A stretch of DNA of 64,000 bases from the NCBI RefSeq assembly GCF_006345805.1, contig NC_043002.1, positions 33,170,001 to 33,234,000 on the forward strand, read 5' to 3'. The stretch's first letter is position 1, and each line of letters starts with the position of its first letter. Source of the stretch: Octopus sinensis. Its lineage: Eukaryota. This document shows, one piece after another, positions 1-11,744 of the stretch. Made by a program: the position numbers and the translations under genes. The notes beneath the pieces were generated by a model. It had not been told where the DNA came from. It was given only the letters and a program-made list of their open reading frames with translations, and did no database searches.

Positions 1-742
1 ACTAGTCTCAAAAAGTCTTCAAGTGAACGTGACCTGGGTGTTATTGTCGACAGTGATTTGCGTTGGACAAAACACATCGCTAAAATTGTCAAGAAGGCTG
101 AGGGTGTCTTGGCATCACTCACCAAATCCTTTGTGAGCCGCTCTCCGGCTATCTATCTGTGGCTTTATATAGCTATGGTAAGACCTCACCTGGAATTTGC
201 ATCACCGGTCTGGAACCCCTATCTTGCCCAGGACATCAATCGTCTGGAAGCTCTTCAGCGACGTGCAACCAAAAGAATACCCTCCATCAGGCATTTGCCA
301 TATCCTGCACGCCTTACTTCTCTGGGCATGGACACATTGAAACTCCGACGCCTGGCAGCTGACTTGGCAGACACCCATAAAATTATCAACCATCGCACAA
401 ACAATAACTCTGAGCACCTCTTCAAACTCCACCCATCTAACACCCGTGGACATATTTACAAAGTAAGAAAACAGCACAGCTCCCATAACTTCAGGAAACA
501 TTTTTTCACGCTGAGAGTTGCTGAAGCGTGGCACAAACTGCCGGCATCAGTTGTTAGTTGTCGGAGCACTGCATCCTTCAAGACTTCCATGCTTCCTGAG
601 ATTCGCCAACACTACACTTGATTTTCTCCCCTCCATACACACACAAGCATGTTCACTTTCCAGACATTTCTACATTACTGCATGTACTTTATATGCACTT
701 TCTGACAAGTTGTGGTGCACCTGAGCACTGTATACAATAATT

Positions 743-797
<55 letters not shown>
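1..797 (+). mobile_element. 3' end of a CR1-clade LINE: RT C-terminus (open frame 1-621), 3'UTR and (ATT)n tail
   Basis: Frame is open from base 1: ERDLGVIVDSDLRW...MVRPHLEFASPVWNPY...LEALQRRATKRI...FFTLRVAEAWHKLP, typical of the CR1/L2-group RT C-terminus. The tail is (ATT)n at about 744-797. Confidence 0.85.
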
Positions 798-800
<3 letters not shown>

Positions 801-1329
801 AAAGTTTTAAGAGAAAAATATAAGTGAATGTTTTCACACAATGAGTTTTACACAAGAAAGGAATCATATTTAACTGAAAAGTTGCCACATAAAAAAGTTA
901 TACAGAATATATGTTTTAACCAAAGAAGTTTTACAAGAAGAGCAAAGTCACGTTTTACTAAGCAGTTTATGCTGTTTTCAGCTTTCAAAGTTTAAAGCAA
1001 TTCTTAGCCCATGCGGTGGAAGAAATATATGATTAATTTTATATAGAAATGTCACTTATGCCATTTCCAAGATAAAGAATGCAACTGTTTATTTTGGTGT
1101 TCCATTCACTTATGCTCTTCTGATAAGGGCATTTATTTGTCACTATTTATTGTAACTGTCACAGGTGTTGGTATTAACATAATTGCTCCTTTTCTTTATC
1201 AGCCTAATCTTAAGATTATAATTCAAATTACTTCAATCCATGTACATATTCAGAAGTGTGTGCGTAAAAGTAAAAGTAAAGTTCTTTCCCGAATCATATC
1301 GACTCATGGGACCGGCGTCCTGATTTCCA

Positions 1330-1823
1330 TAGCATATATATCGATCAATGGAAATTGCAGCTGAGTTACCAGTGCCGGTGGCACGTAAGAGAACCATCCG
1401 AACGTGGCTGTTGCCAGCGCCGCCCCGACTGGCCTCGTGCCGGTGGCACGTAAAAAGCACCATCCGTTCGTGGCCGTTGCCAGCCTCGCCTGGCCCCCAT
1501 GCCGGTGGCACATAAAAAGCACCATCCGATCGTGGCCATTTGCCAGCCTCGCCTGGCCTCCATGCCGGTGGCACATAAAAAGCACCATCCGATCGTGGCC
1601 ATTTGCCAGCCCCGTCTGGCACCTATGCCGGTGGCACGTAAAAAGCACCCACTACACTCATGGAGTGGTTGGCGTTAGGAAGGGCATCCAGCCGAAGAAA
1701 CATTGCCAGATCAAATTGGGCCTGGTGCAGCCTTCTGGCTTCCCAGACCCCAGTTGAATCGTCCAACCCATGCTAGCATGGAAAGCGGACACTAAACGAT
1801 GATGATGATGATGATGATGATGA
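1330..1823 (+). mobile_element. 5'-truncated RTE LINE copy (3'UTR only) with internal ~62-bp tandem units and (GAT)n tail
   Basis: Matches the 3'UTR that follows the RT ORF at 46727-47329 (gccggtggcacgtaaaaagcacc..., ccaacccatgctagcatggaaagc, gatgatgat tail). Confidence 0.8.
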
Positions 1824-1827
1824 TATA

Positions 1828-2012
1828 TTCCTCTCCAGGATGGGACACCAGTCCATCACAGGATAACTCATTTTTGTCTGCTGAGTAAACTGGAGCACTG
1901 TGAAATGAAGTGTTTTGTTCAAGAACACAGAGCATCACCCAGTCCAGGAATTGAAACCACAATCTTATGGTCATGAGTCCAACACCCTAACCACTAAGCC
2001 ATATGCCTCCAC
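1828..2012 (-). mobile_element. tRNA-derived SINE (family C) 5' part
   Basis: Minus strand reads gtggaggcatatggcttagtggttagggtgttgg...gtttcaattcctgg, with A-box and B-box-like motifs. Related copies lie at 24478-24770, 28150-28460, 29330-29500 and 57180-57430. Confidence 0.7.
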
Positions 2013-2045
2013 ATGAGTATATATAATATGCATGTGTATTTTAAT

Positions 2046-2370
2046 ATTTTACTCTTTTACTTGTTTCAGTAATTCTCGACTGCTGGAGCACCACCTTTAG
2101 TTGAACAAGTTGAACCTAGGACTTATTTTGCTGAACTGCTAAATTGCAGGGATGTAAACTTCCGATTGTCAAGCAGTGATGAGCAAATAAACACAGACAC
2201 AAAGACACACACATACATGTATATAACAGTCTTCTTTCAGTTTCCATCTACCTAATCCACTCACAAGACTTTGGTCGGCCCAAGACACTTGCCAAAGGTG
2301 CTGCGCAATGGAACTGAGCCCAGAACCATGTGATTGGAAAGCAAGCTTCTTTCCACACAGCCACATATTA
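2046..2370 (-). mobile_element. Degenerate SINE family B copy
   Basis: Similar to the full copies at 26388-26778 and 49377-49785. Confidence 0.7.
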
Positions 2371-2656
2371 TATATACATGTACGTGGCACCTTGGGGAAG
2401 TATTTTCTACTATAGCCTCGGGCCGATCAAAGCCTTGTGAGTGGATTTGGTAGACGGGAACTGAAAGAAGACCATCATATATATTTCTGTGTGAGTTAGA
2501 GGTTGAGAAACCAATTAAAGGATCGTACCTATCCAATATACTGCTGGTAGTGTACCCAATTATTCATACCCAAGTGCTAGTTATTGTATGGCAATCTTAC
2601 AATAGAGTATTATATATGGGCGGAGGTAAAAAGTGGTTTACCCTTGTTTTATACGG

Positions 2657-3306
2657 CAAATAAGGAAGTGGAGGGGATATAAAATTGACAGTCACCAGCT
2701 GGTAAATATTCCAGTATGTCTATCCCAATGTATTAGATGAATACATACACATGTATTAGTGGTACAGATTATCAAATAGAAAAAAGTTGGTAATTGCATA
2801 AAGGGTGTGGAAGCATGTGAGTAATTAAGCAAATGAGCAGATTGTCACTAAAACCGGATGGGTGTGCTGGTGCTAGTTCCTTACAGCCATTTCTGTCAAG
2901 AGGCAACGAAATCTTCCAGGTTATCTCCATCTCTTCAGTGTTATGCAGGGATGAGCAGAAAATCCAAGCATTATCTGCTCATCCCTGCATAACACTGAAG
3001 AGATGAAATAACCTGGAAGATTTCATTGCCTCTTGGCAGAAATGGCTGTAAGAAACTAGCACCTGCATACCCATTCGGTTTTAATGACAATCTGCTCATT
3101 TACCCATTTGCTTAATTACTCACTTATTTCCATATGCTTATGTGCTTCCACACCCTTGTTTATGCAATTACCAACTTTTTTTTACTTGATAATCTGTACC
3201 ACTAATACATGTGTGTGGATTCATCCAATACATTTGAATAAATAGAGATACTGGAATGTTTACCAGCTGGTGACTGTCGATTTTAAATCCCCTCTACTTT
3301 CTTATT

Positions 3307-3308
<2 letters not shown>
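2657..3308. repeat. Long imperfect palindrome (arms ~303 and ~335 bp, 14-nt loop 2960-2973)
   Basis: The left arm ...ttcagtgttatgcagggatgagcaga is the reverse complement of the right arm tctgctcatccctgcataacactgaa... Pairing extends out to caaataagg / cttatttg. Confidence 0.95.
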
Positions 3309-3345
<37 letters not shown>

Positions 3346-3348
<3 letters not shown>

Positions 3349-5250
3349 AAAGTTTACGAAAAAAACAAAGAGAGAAAAAAATGTGTGTAGTGGCTAACGA
3401 TTGATCATGGCTAACGATCGATCATGTTATATATATATATAACGGGAAGCTTTATGAAAATAAACAAAAGACGAAGGCAGGTTTACGGAAATAAACAAAA
3501 GACGAAGGCAGGTGGAATACAAACAAACAATTGTATTAGTATGGCGCTCAGGAAATATAAATAAAACAAGTCTTTAACGTTTCGAGCCTACGCTCTTCAA
3601 CAGAAAGATACACAGAGAAGAAACACAGAAAGAAGGAGAGAAAAAAATGCATGCAGAGGCTAGCGAATCAACATGGCGATCTGATTTCGGCCAGAAGTCA
3701 AAGATCAAACGTGAGACGCAAGAGCGAAATTAGGGGAGATAATAGGGTTAAATGACCTCGCTCCAACATAGGAGTGTGTGTGTGTGTATGAGAAGAGTGT
3801 GTGTGTGTGTATGAGAGAGTATTAGTGCGTATGAGAGGTCTGGACGTGTGTATGTATATATGATGTGATGTGTAAAGTCGTATGGTGTAGTGTAGAGAGA
3901 GAAGATGAGGGAAGAGGGGGGAGAGAGGGGAGGAGTGAGGGTGAGGAGGGAGAAAGAAAGGGGAGAAGAGGAGGGGAAGGGGGAGAAGGAAGGAGAGGAG
4001 AAGAGAAGGAGGGAGGATAGAGGGAGAGGGGGAGAGAGAGAGAAGGGGAGTGAGGGAGCAGAGAGAAAGAGGGAAGGGGAAGAGGGAAGAAGGAGGGAGG
4101 GAGAAAGAGGGAAGAAGGGAAGAGTAGGGATGAAAGGATGAAGGACTGAAGAGAAGTAGGGGTCGGGGGAGGTTAGATGAGGAGGGAGGAGAGGGGGTTA
4201 GATGAGGAGGGGGGAGAGTTGAGACCAAATGGCGTATAAGAGCGAAGAGAGAAGATTAATTCTTGTTCACGGCGCAAACGGGAATCCGGATGGCCTCTGT
4301 GTACGGACAAACCGAACACAGACAGGTGTTGCAAGGAGTGACCGGTGGAGCGGAAATGGCGTGAGACCAGTGTGTCGTTCGCAAGGCGGATGTCACGGAG
4401 GTGTTCCGCGAACCGGTCAGCCAAGCGGCGTCCCGTTTGTCCGATGTACAGGGAATGGCAGAGAGAGCAAGAGACGCAATAGATAATATTACTGGAGGTG
4501 CAGGTGAAGGAGTTGATGATGCGATAGGGTCGATGATGGGTGCCAGTGAGAAGGGTGGTGTTGGAGAGGTAAGGGCAAGTGCGGCAACGTGGGCGGGAGC
4601 AGGGGAACGAGCCAGGTTAGGAGGTAGGGTCAGGGAAGGAGCTATGGACCAAAAGGTCTCGAAGGTTATGGGCTTGTTTGAAAGAGGGGAGGGGTCGGTT
4701 AGGGAAGAGGTGTGAAGTGGACGGGTCGGACTGGAGATGACGGAAAGCTCGAAGAATGGTGCGTTGGAGAGGTAGGGTCGTGGGGTGGTAAGTGAGGGGA
4801 AAAGGGAGGCGGGAGACTACAAGGCGGGTTCGGGGAGAGAGAGCAAATACACGGTCCACGGAACGTGCTCTGGCAAGGGCGGTGTGGATAGTGGTGAGGG
4901 GTATCCACGTAGGATGAAGTGGTGAGCCATACGTTGAGACTGAGTCTCAAAGTCATGGTCGTCACTACAGAGCCTACGTAGACGGAGGAATTGGGAATAG
5001 GGGATGGAAAGCTTGGTGTGTTCTGGGTAGGAGGAAGAGAAGTTGAGGTATGAGTGTGAGTCTGTGTGTTTGTAGTGAATGGAGGTGGTAAGAGTGGAGT
5101 GAAGAATGCTAACGGAAATGTCGAGGAAGGAGACAGAGGTGTTGGAGATAGTAGAAGTGAAGTGGAGGGCTGGATGGAAAGATTGAACGAAAGAGAGGAA
5201 GGAATCTAGATGTTCAAGGGAGAGTGAGGTAGCACCGATAATGTCGTCAT
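3346..5250 (-). mobile_element. 5'-truncated Penelope-like retroelement: RT C-half, Cys-rich linker, GIY-YIG endonuclease, pLTR
   Basis: Minus-strand translation gives DDIIG...FLDISV...YSQFLRLRRLCSD (PLE RT/thumb), then CSRPRCRTCPY...NIIYCVSCSLCHSLYIGQTGRRLADRFAEH...REQELIF...PFGLN (GIY-YIG). It has about one frameshift and one stop, and (TA)n on both sides. Confidence 0.92.
3570..3611 (-). ncRNA. Candidate minimal type-I hammerhead ribozyme variant (CUGUUGA core) in PLE pLTR
   Basis: Minus strand: UCUUU-CUGUUGA-A-GAGC-GUAG-GCUC-GAAA-CG-UU-AAAGA. Stem I is UCUUU/AAAGA, stem II is GAGC/GCUC, stem III is the loopless palindrome ACGU. Confidence 0.55.
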
Positions 5251-5271
5251 ATATATATATATATATATAAA

Positions 5272-5807
5272 TTGGGTTGTCCGGAAAGTGCATGCCGATT
5301 TTTAAAGGAAAGAAAAAGGTCAATAAATACTTGCCATTACACTTTTAATCAACCAAATATGAACCATTTTGTTGCACAATGCGTCTCCATCTTTCCTTTA
5401 ACTTGAAAATACCCTCTTCCCAGAATCGAGGTGGTTTCATGGCAAAGAATTCATCAAGATATCTTTTTATGTCATCCAAAGAGTTGAAATTTTTACCATT
5501 AAGGCTATTCTGTAGAGACCTGAATAAGTGGAAATCCAAAGGAGCAATATCTGGTGAATATGGAGGGTGGGGTAACACATCCCAGCCAAGCTGCAGCAAT
5601 TTTTGCTTGGTTCCCAAAGCATCAAGTGCCGAAAATGAACTTTCTTCTCTTCCATTTTAAAGAGTTACAGAATTAACACAGGTTATAGGAACATAAACCT
5701 TCTTCCACAAGAAGATAGCTTAAACTATTTTATGGACTCAACCATGTTCTAAAATAAGTCGAAAGGTAAGCTACTATAAATCTGCACGAACTTTCCAGAC
5801 AACCCAA
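5272..5807 (-). mobile_element. Internally deleted mariner (mellifera-like) with both TIRs
   Basis: TIRs ttgggttgtccggaaagt / actttccagacaacccaa, with TA on the right. The N-terminus MEEKKVHFRHLML is fused to the C-terminus LPHPPYSPDIAPLDFHLFRSLQ. The deletion junction has CTTT microhomology relative to the copy at 32732. Confidence 0.9.
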
Positions 5808-6974
5808 TAGAATGTTGCTTTGAGTGTGTTTCAGATGACGGGCGGTATTGTCATGAGTCTGTTACTAGAATTGCATTTATTTTTGGTATTGATATATCTA
5901 TGAAAAGGAGTTTATCGTAACTGAACTCCATAGTGAACTGAACGTTATATTTTGAAATTGGTTAAACTTTAAAATGATACAATTGTTTAGAAATCTCTTC
6001 TAGCAACTAAATTCATCTCCACATATTTGTGAGAATTTTTCATCATTTTCAGTATATAATATCCCTTGACTAAGCTGACATATATTGAGGAAACGTTTGT
6101 TTCCATGGCAATTCCTGACTTTTAAAATTAGGTTGTGTCACTGAATAGTTGCTTTTCAAAATGAACAGAACCATAATTAATTCTCTTTATATCACATTCT
6201 GGTATTTCATAAGAAAATTAGTCTAGCCACCTCTTATTACTTTGATTTCTTATTTGCATGGAATATTGCTGTATAGGATCTCAACATCAAATGCAACAAT
6301 GTAAATATTATTATTTACTATATTAGGAAGATGGTATGTACTTGAGAAAATACCTTAGAAGGATGTCTAGAAAGTTACTTAAGCAATGTGTTTCACAAGA
6401 CAGGCCTACTACAATGGATCTCAATTTTAAATCTGATGGTAATGCTATGTTCACACAATAGATTTTTACTCTTTCACATGTTTCATTAATTAGTTTATTC
6501 TTATATCATCTTTGAGGTAGTCCATAGAAGTGCTTGTACTATATTTGAAGATTGTAAGGTAGATGCAAGCATGGCTATGTGGTAAGAAGCTTCCTTCCAG
6601 GTTCAGCCCCATTGCATGACGCCTAGGGAAAGTGTCTTCTACTATAACTTCCGGACAATCAAAGCCTTAAAAAGCACTGGGATCGATTCATTCAACTAAA
6701 AGTTCTTCAAGGCAGTGTCCAAGCATAGCCGTAGTCTAATGACTGAAACAAATAGAATCAACCCCAGTACTTTTTTAAAGCCTAACATTTATTCTATCGA
6801 TCTCTTTTGCCGAACCGCTAAGTTATGGGAATGTAAACACAACACTTGTTGTCAAGTTCAAACGGGACATACAAAGAGTCTCCTACCTCCCCCTATGGCA
6901 CAATATCAATAAAGTCCTCTTATAACTCAGCGACAACTGCAGTAGTAACAGAGCAAGGTTTACCCAATTCAATA

Positions 6975-7911
6975 TCGATGTTGTACAGTACCAGACATTG
7001 CTAAAAAGGCGTAGTAGACCCTTAGAGAAATCCTCTCTCTCTCTGACATATATAACAAAAATATGAACGTAGCAGATAACAGTTAGCCTTAGGCCCAGTT
7101 GTTTCCACTACTCTAATGGGTTGGTTTTGGTGCAGTTTATCTCTTGCTTTATTTCACGCCAATGTACAAACCAACCAATCGTAACCAACTGATAAGGTCC
7201 CGTGACACTGTTTTTCTAAAGCTCGTTTGAGTCTACTACCTGCGATAAAACCCAGTGATTCATTGAATCACTTGTCTTTGGTTCTCACCACTGACCACAG
7301 AGCACCCAACGACACAGCCATGTTCCAGCGACAGTCAGCCAGTTCCAGCGACCACTACACTAACACTAGCAACATTTCAGGACCTACTCCACCGTTGCCT
7401 TTAGCTTATCGATGCCACCAACATCAATACGTACACAGCAACAACGCTCAGGCTTAACTTCATGCTGTTTGTGAATATTCACCAAGGTTAACAGCTAGCT
7501 CAACCTGCGAGAACCTTCTGTACCAAGTAACCTCGCACAGCATAGAAGCCACAGCTTCTACACGCGTAGTAACCGGTTCTGCCTTGTGACCTCAACTTCT
7601 TGTTACAGAATTCCAACAATTGCGTTCATTACTACGAACTGGTATTTATCTTCATTTTGTGCTTAATCTACTTCTAGTGTCCTGATAGACTCATTTCTAT
7701 GCTCTGTATTTTATCTCACATGCATACACCTTGTTTGTACACACTTACACATTATTGTATGCTTGACGGCCTGTCTAATTGTTCTTATTATGCATGTACT
7801 TATGTCAATCACACAGACACTCTCCTTCTCATATGTCAACACCTGAATAAAACCTTCCTCTAAACATTATACGGTTGTGTTGTCTTATTCCTTTTGTATT
7901 CATTTATCCAC
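6975..7911 (+). mobile_element. Probable LTR-type fragment or solo LTR related to the interior of the 18289-21046 element
   Basis: 7464-7712 aligns by eye to 19293-19544. AATAAA at 7846 is followed by a T-rich stretch. Termini and TSD are not resolved. Confidence 0.45.
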
Positions 7912-8419
7912 ATTTTGGCTTTTATTGTAAGGCAACCGTGCCATGTTTAAAGGAGTCATTCATTCATCACCATCTTTTGCACGGTCGTTATACAAAGGTA
8001 TACTGACATTAATGACGGGTTTTTGGTTTAAACCTTTGTTTTCTCTAAACGTTATGACTTTAATAAATAAGTCTTTTCCGGTCACACATAAATATACAAA
8101 ACTATTCAGTAGTCATATCCTGAGGAACTCTTAAACTTGCGCATAAAATATGAAACAAATCTTAGCTTATATTCTCAAATCAAGTACAGGCTGCTCAGCC
8201 AAAAGAACTAACACATGCTCACTTAATGGACATACTGTAACACAGAAGCCAATGTATGAAGAGTGAGGATCGTGTCTAAGAATCCCAAGAGGGCAACTTT
8301 ATCCCTATAATGTTGTAGTTTGATTTGAAGGAGATTTCAAGAAGTATCAAATATGTATTATTATAACATTTGGAAATTTGGAAAAGAGTGATTCACAAAG
8401 TGCCCAGATTTTGTGAGAT

Positions 8420-9320
8420 GATTTGAGCTGTTGTTGATTTGGCAAAATTATTAGAACGTTGAACTCAATGCTTTGCTGTATTTGTTTCGGCACTTTACAT
8501 TTTGAACTCAATCCTATTTGTGTCAACTTTGCCTTTCTTCTTTCGGTGTCGATCAAATAAAGCACCAATCAAGTATTGTATTCGATTTAATCAAATAATC
8601 CCTCCTCTGGAATTGAGCCTACGTTTAAAAACAGCGACTTTGCTGAAACTAGGCTGGATTGGTAGATTCAGGATTGTTTTGGAGAGAGAAAATACCTCGC
8701 TGCATTTTCATTCTGAAATCAAAACTCCACGAGATCAGCTCTTTGCTTTTCATCCCTTCTGGGTTGATCAAATAAAGTACCAGTCAAGTACTGGGGCTAA
8801 TTTAATTGACTGACCTACTCCTCCAAATTTCAGATCTTGTGCATACACTAGAAACAATTATTATTACTATTTAACCAATAAAGACTACGAGCTGGCAGAA
8901 TCGTTAGCATGCCAAACAAAATGCTTGGCAGCATTTCGTCTACATTAACATTCTGAGATCAAATTCCACTGGGCGTCGATTTTACCGTTCATCCTTTCAG
9001 GATCAATAAAATAAGTACCGGTTAAGCTCTAGGGTCAATGTCAACGATTTTCTCACCCCACAAAATTACTAGCATTGCGCCAAAATAAGAAAGGATTATT
9101 TAACCTATAAAGCTTGTGAACTGGCACATTGGATAACTGCTAGAAAACATGCTTAGTGGCATTTCTTCCTGCTCAACGTTCTGAGTTCAAATCCTGCTAC
9201 GGTCGACTTTGCTTTTATCCTTTCGGAGTTGATAAAATAAGTGCCACTTAAGCACTTGTAATCGATTAGACTCCTCCCTCACAATTCCAGGCTTTGTACC
9301 TGACGTAGAAAAAATTGTTA
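8420..9320. mobile_element. Cluster of degenerate SINE family A copies
   Basis: Repeated gactttgcctttcatcctttcggggtcgataaaataagtacc-like core in both orientations. Confidence 0.65.
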
Positions 9321-10384
9321 TTTAATCAATGACATTCTAGATAGAATACCTCAATCGTTCGATGGCGTAGTCCGTCTATGATTATATTATCCAATGTATT
9401 CTTCTTTTAGTAAGGGAGTAGATTGTGGTTTCAGGTTAATTCAGCTGCTATTTTTAGCTGGTCGTGCGACCACATACAGTGTCTTTCACACACTGGTGAT
9501 GCGCAACAAATATATATCAAACGTATATCATGTCCTTGCACAGTTGTTTATCCTTGGGTTTCTTATCTAGCGTAGTTTGTTTCACTATTGTTCAGCTCTG
9601 GTCAAGTAGACATATAATCAAAAGCCTCCAAGCCGTGATCATCCATGAATTCTTACATTGAATCAACCTAGGACCGTCCTTTTCGTATGTTGGTTTGAAG
9701 GAGATTAGGTTGCTATTTCTCATAGGTCGAGCGATCATTTTTTTCTCTTATCTAATGGTGTTTCGAGGTTGTGGATGATAGGGGAGATAACTTATCTATT
9801 TCATCAAGCCGCGAAGAATCGCATGCTCGTATGTGTATGAATGTGTGTGTGTGTGTGTGTGTGTTTTACAGATATCAAATTAATTATTTTTCTCGGTAGA
9901 TTCGTTTATCCCATATAAATATAATATTTTAAACCCCACTCAAAATATATTGTAGTTTTCTACCTTTAGACGTAAACTAAGTGTATATAAAAAAAACGAA
10001 TCTTAAGTTTGACTGGCAGAATTATTTGAGCGTTGAACGAAATGTTTTGCGGTATTTCCTCTATCTCTTCACATTTTTCACTCAAATCCCGCCGAAGTCA
10101 ATTTTGCCTTTCATCCTCTCGGAGTTGATAAAATAAAGTATCGGTCAAAAACTAGAACTGATGGTATTGATTAATCATAAGTGCGGAAACGAAACTTGCT
10201 TAATGGCGGCAAACCCAGGTCCATCCCAAAATGTTCAGTGTTTTCATTGCTCAACCAAAATTCTAAAGGGTGCACTTGCACTTCCTGCACCCTCATGTTG
10301 ACGAGCCTCGGCTCAAAATTGCTGGCATTGTGCCTAAATTAGAAACCTTTATTAATTTTGTGAATAGTTGAAACAGGTTGAAGG

Positions 10385-10900
10385 CGGGGAGCTGGTAAAC
10401 TTCTAAGCACACCAGACAAATTGCTTCGCAGCATTTCGTCCGTCTTTACATACTGGGTTCAAATTCCACTGAGGTCGACTTTATCTTTCGTACTCTCGGG
10501 GTCGATAAATTAAGCACCATTTGAGCCCCGAGGTTGATATAATCGACTAGCTCCCACCCCACACGGTTCCGGGTTCAGTCCTACTGTGTGCCACCTTGGG
10601 TAAGTGTCTTCTACTATAGCCTCGGGCCGACCAAAGCCTTGTGAGTGGATTTGGTAGACGGAAACTGAAAGAAGCCCATTGTATATATGTATGTATGTGT
10701 GTTGTGTGTCTATGTTTGTCCCCTCAACATCGCTTGACAACCGATGCTGGTGTGTCCCCGTAACTTAGTGGTTCGGCAAAAGAAACCGATAGAATAAGTG
10801 CTAGGCTTACAAAGAATAAGTCCTGGGGGCGATTTGCTCGACTAAAGGCGGTGCTCCAACATGGCCGCAGTCAAATGACTGAAACAAATAAAAGAGTAGC
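10385..10900 (+). mobile_element. SINE A copy joined to SINE B copy
   Basis: ggcgggagctgg...gtcgactttatctttcg...gtcgataaattaag is followed directly by cacacggttccgggttcagtcc...gactgaaacaaataaaagag. Confidence 0.75.
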
Positions 10901-11634
10901 GAAACCTACTGCTCGCTGTAACTCAAAACTGAGAGTGAAGCGTTAACGTACCGCAGTACTGCCTTTCTCTCTTTCTTTTTTTTTTTTTTTTTTTTAAGCT
11001 TCTGGCAAATATAGGTAACACTTTTGGCCCTTCTACATTTAGCCTAACATAAAATGCTGAATCTGACAGCACGAGGAAAAGATGATGACTACCCGGCTGG
11101 TCCTTTGTTCTATCTACTCACCACCATTTCCACCACCGTCACCGACGTTGCCGCAAAACTGGATCTAGGGCACAGACAATAGAACGAATACTGCAACATA
11201 TTTCATTCTGCGTTCAAACCACTATATCAACAGACCGGCTTAAATGAAGCGTAAAACAGAAAAACAAAGCGAAAAGGATGGGGAAAATCAATTTCAGTTG
11301 GTGACTCATATAATCATCTTAAAGTTTTTTGGCAAGGGAGACAACTTTCGACATGTTTTGATCTTCATGAAGCATAATTTCTTTGTAACAATATCGAGAA
11401 TAAATTATCGTTACGTAAGTTGAAAAAGAAAAAATCAGATGAGCGTAAATTACAAGTTTTTATTTTATGTTTATGACTTACGTAGAGAAGAAATAGCAGA
11501 AATAGAAGAAATACCTTTTAAGGACTGCTAGAAGGCTAGGAGGAAGTCAAATTCAGATTGAATACCTAGCCTAAATGTGGGAGTGTTAAACTGGAAGAAT
11601 ATTGAAGTACACTACCTAAGAACAGGTACATTCA

Positions 11635-11744
11635 TGCATACGTACACATACATACATACGTACGCACATACATACATACATACATACATACATACATACA
11701 TACATACATACATACATACATACATACATACATACATACATACA
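11635..11744. repeat. (TACA)n microsatellite, the 3' tail of the RTE element
   Basis: Directly visible tract. Confidence 0.9.

Noticed and set aside
1375-1650. CRISPR-like array (about 27-bp conserved part plus about 35-bp variable part)
   Set aside because: The 'spacers' are homologous to each other, the array lies in an RTE 3'UTR, the context is eukaryotic and there are no cas genes.
2885-3060. Hammerhead motifs within the 650-bp palindrome (CUGUCAA...GAAA; CUGAAGA...GAAA)
   Set aside because: No consistent stems I and III could be built.
3698-4228. Pro/Ser/Leu-rich and Glu/Arg/Gly-rich ORFs
   Set aside because: Translations of a purine/pyrimidine low-complexity tract in the PLE 3' region.
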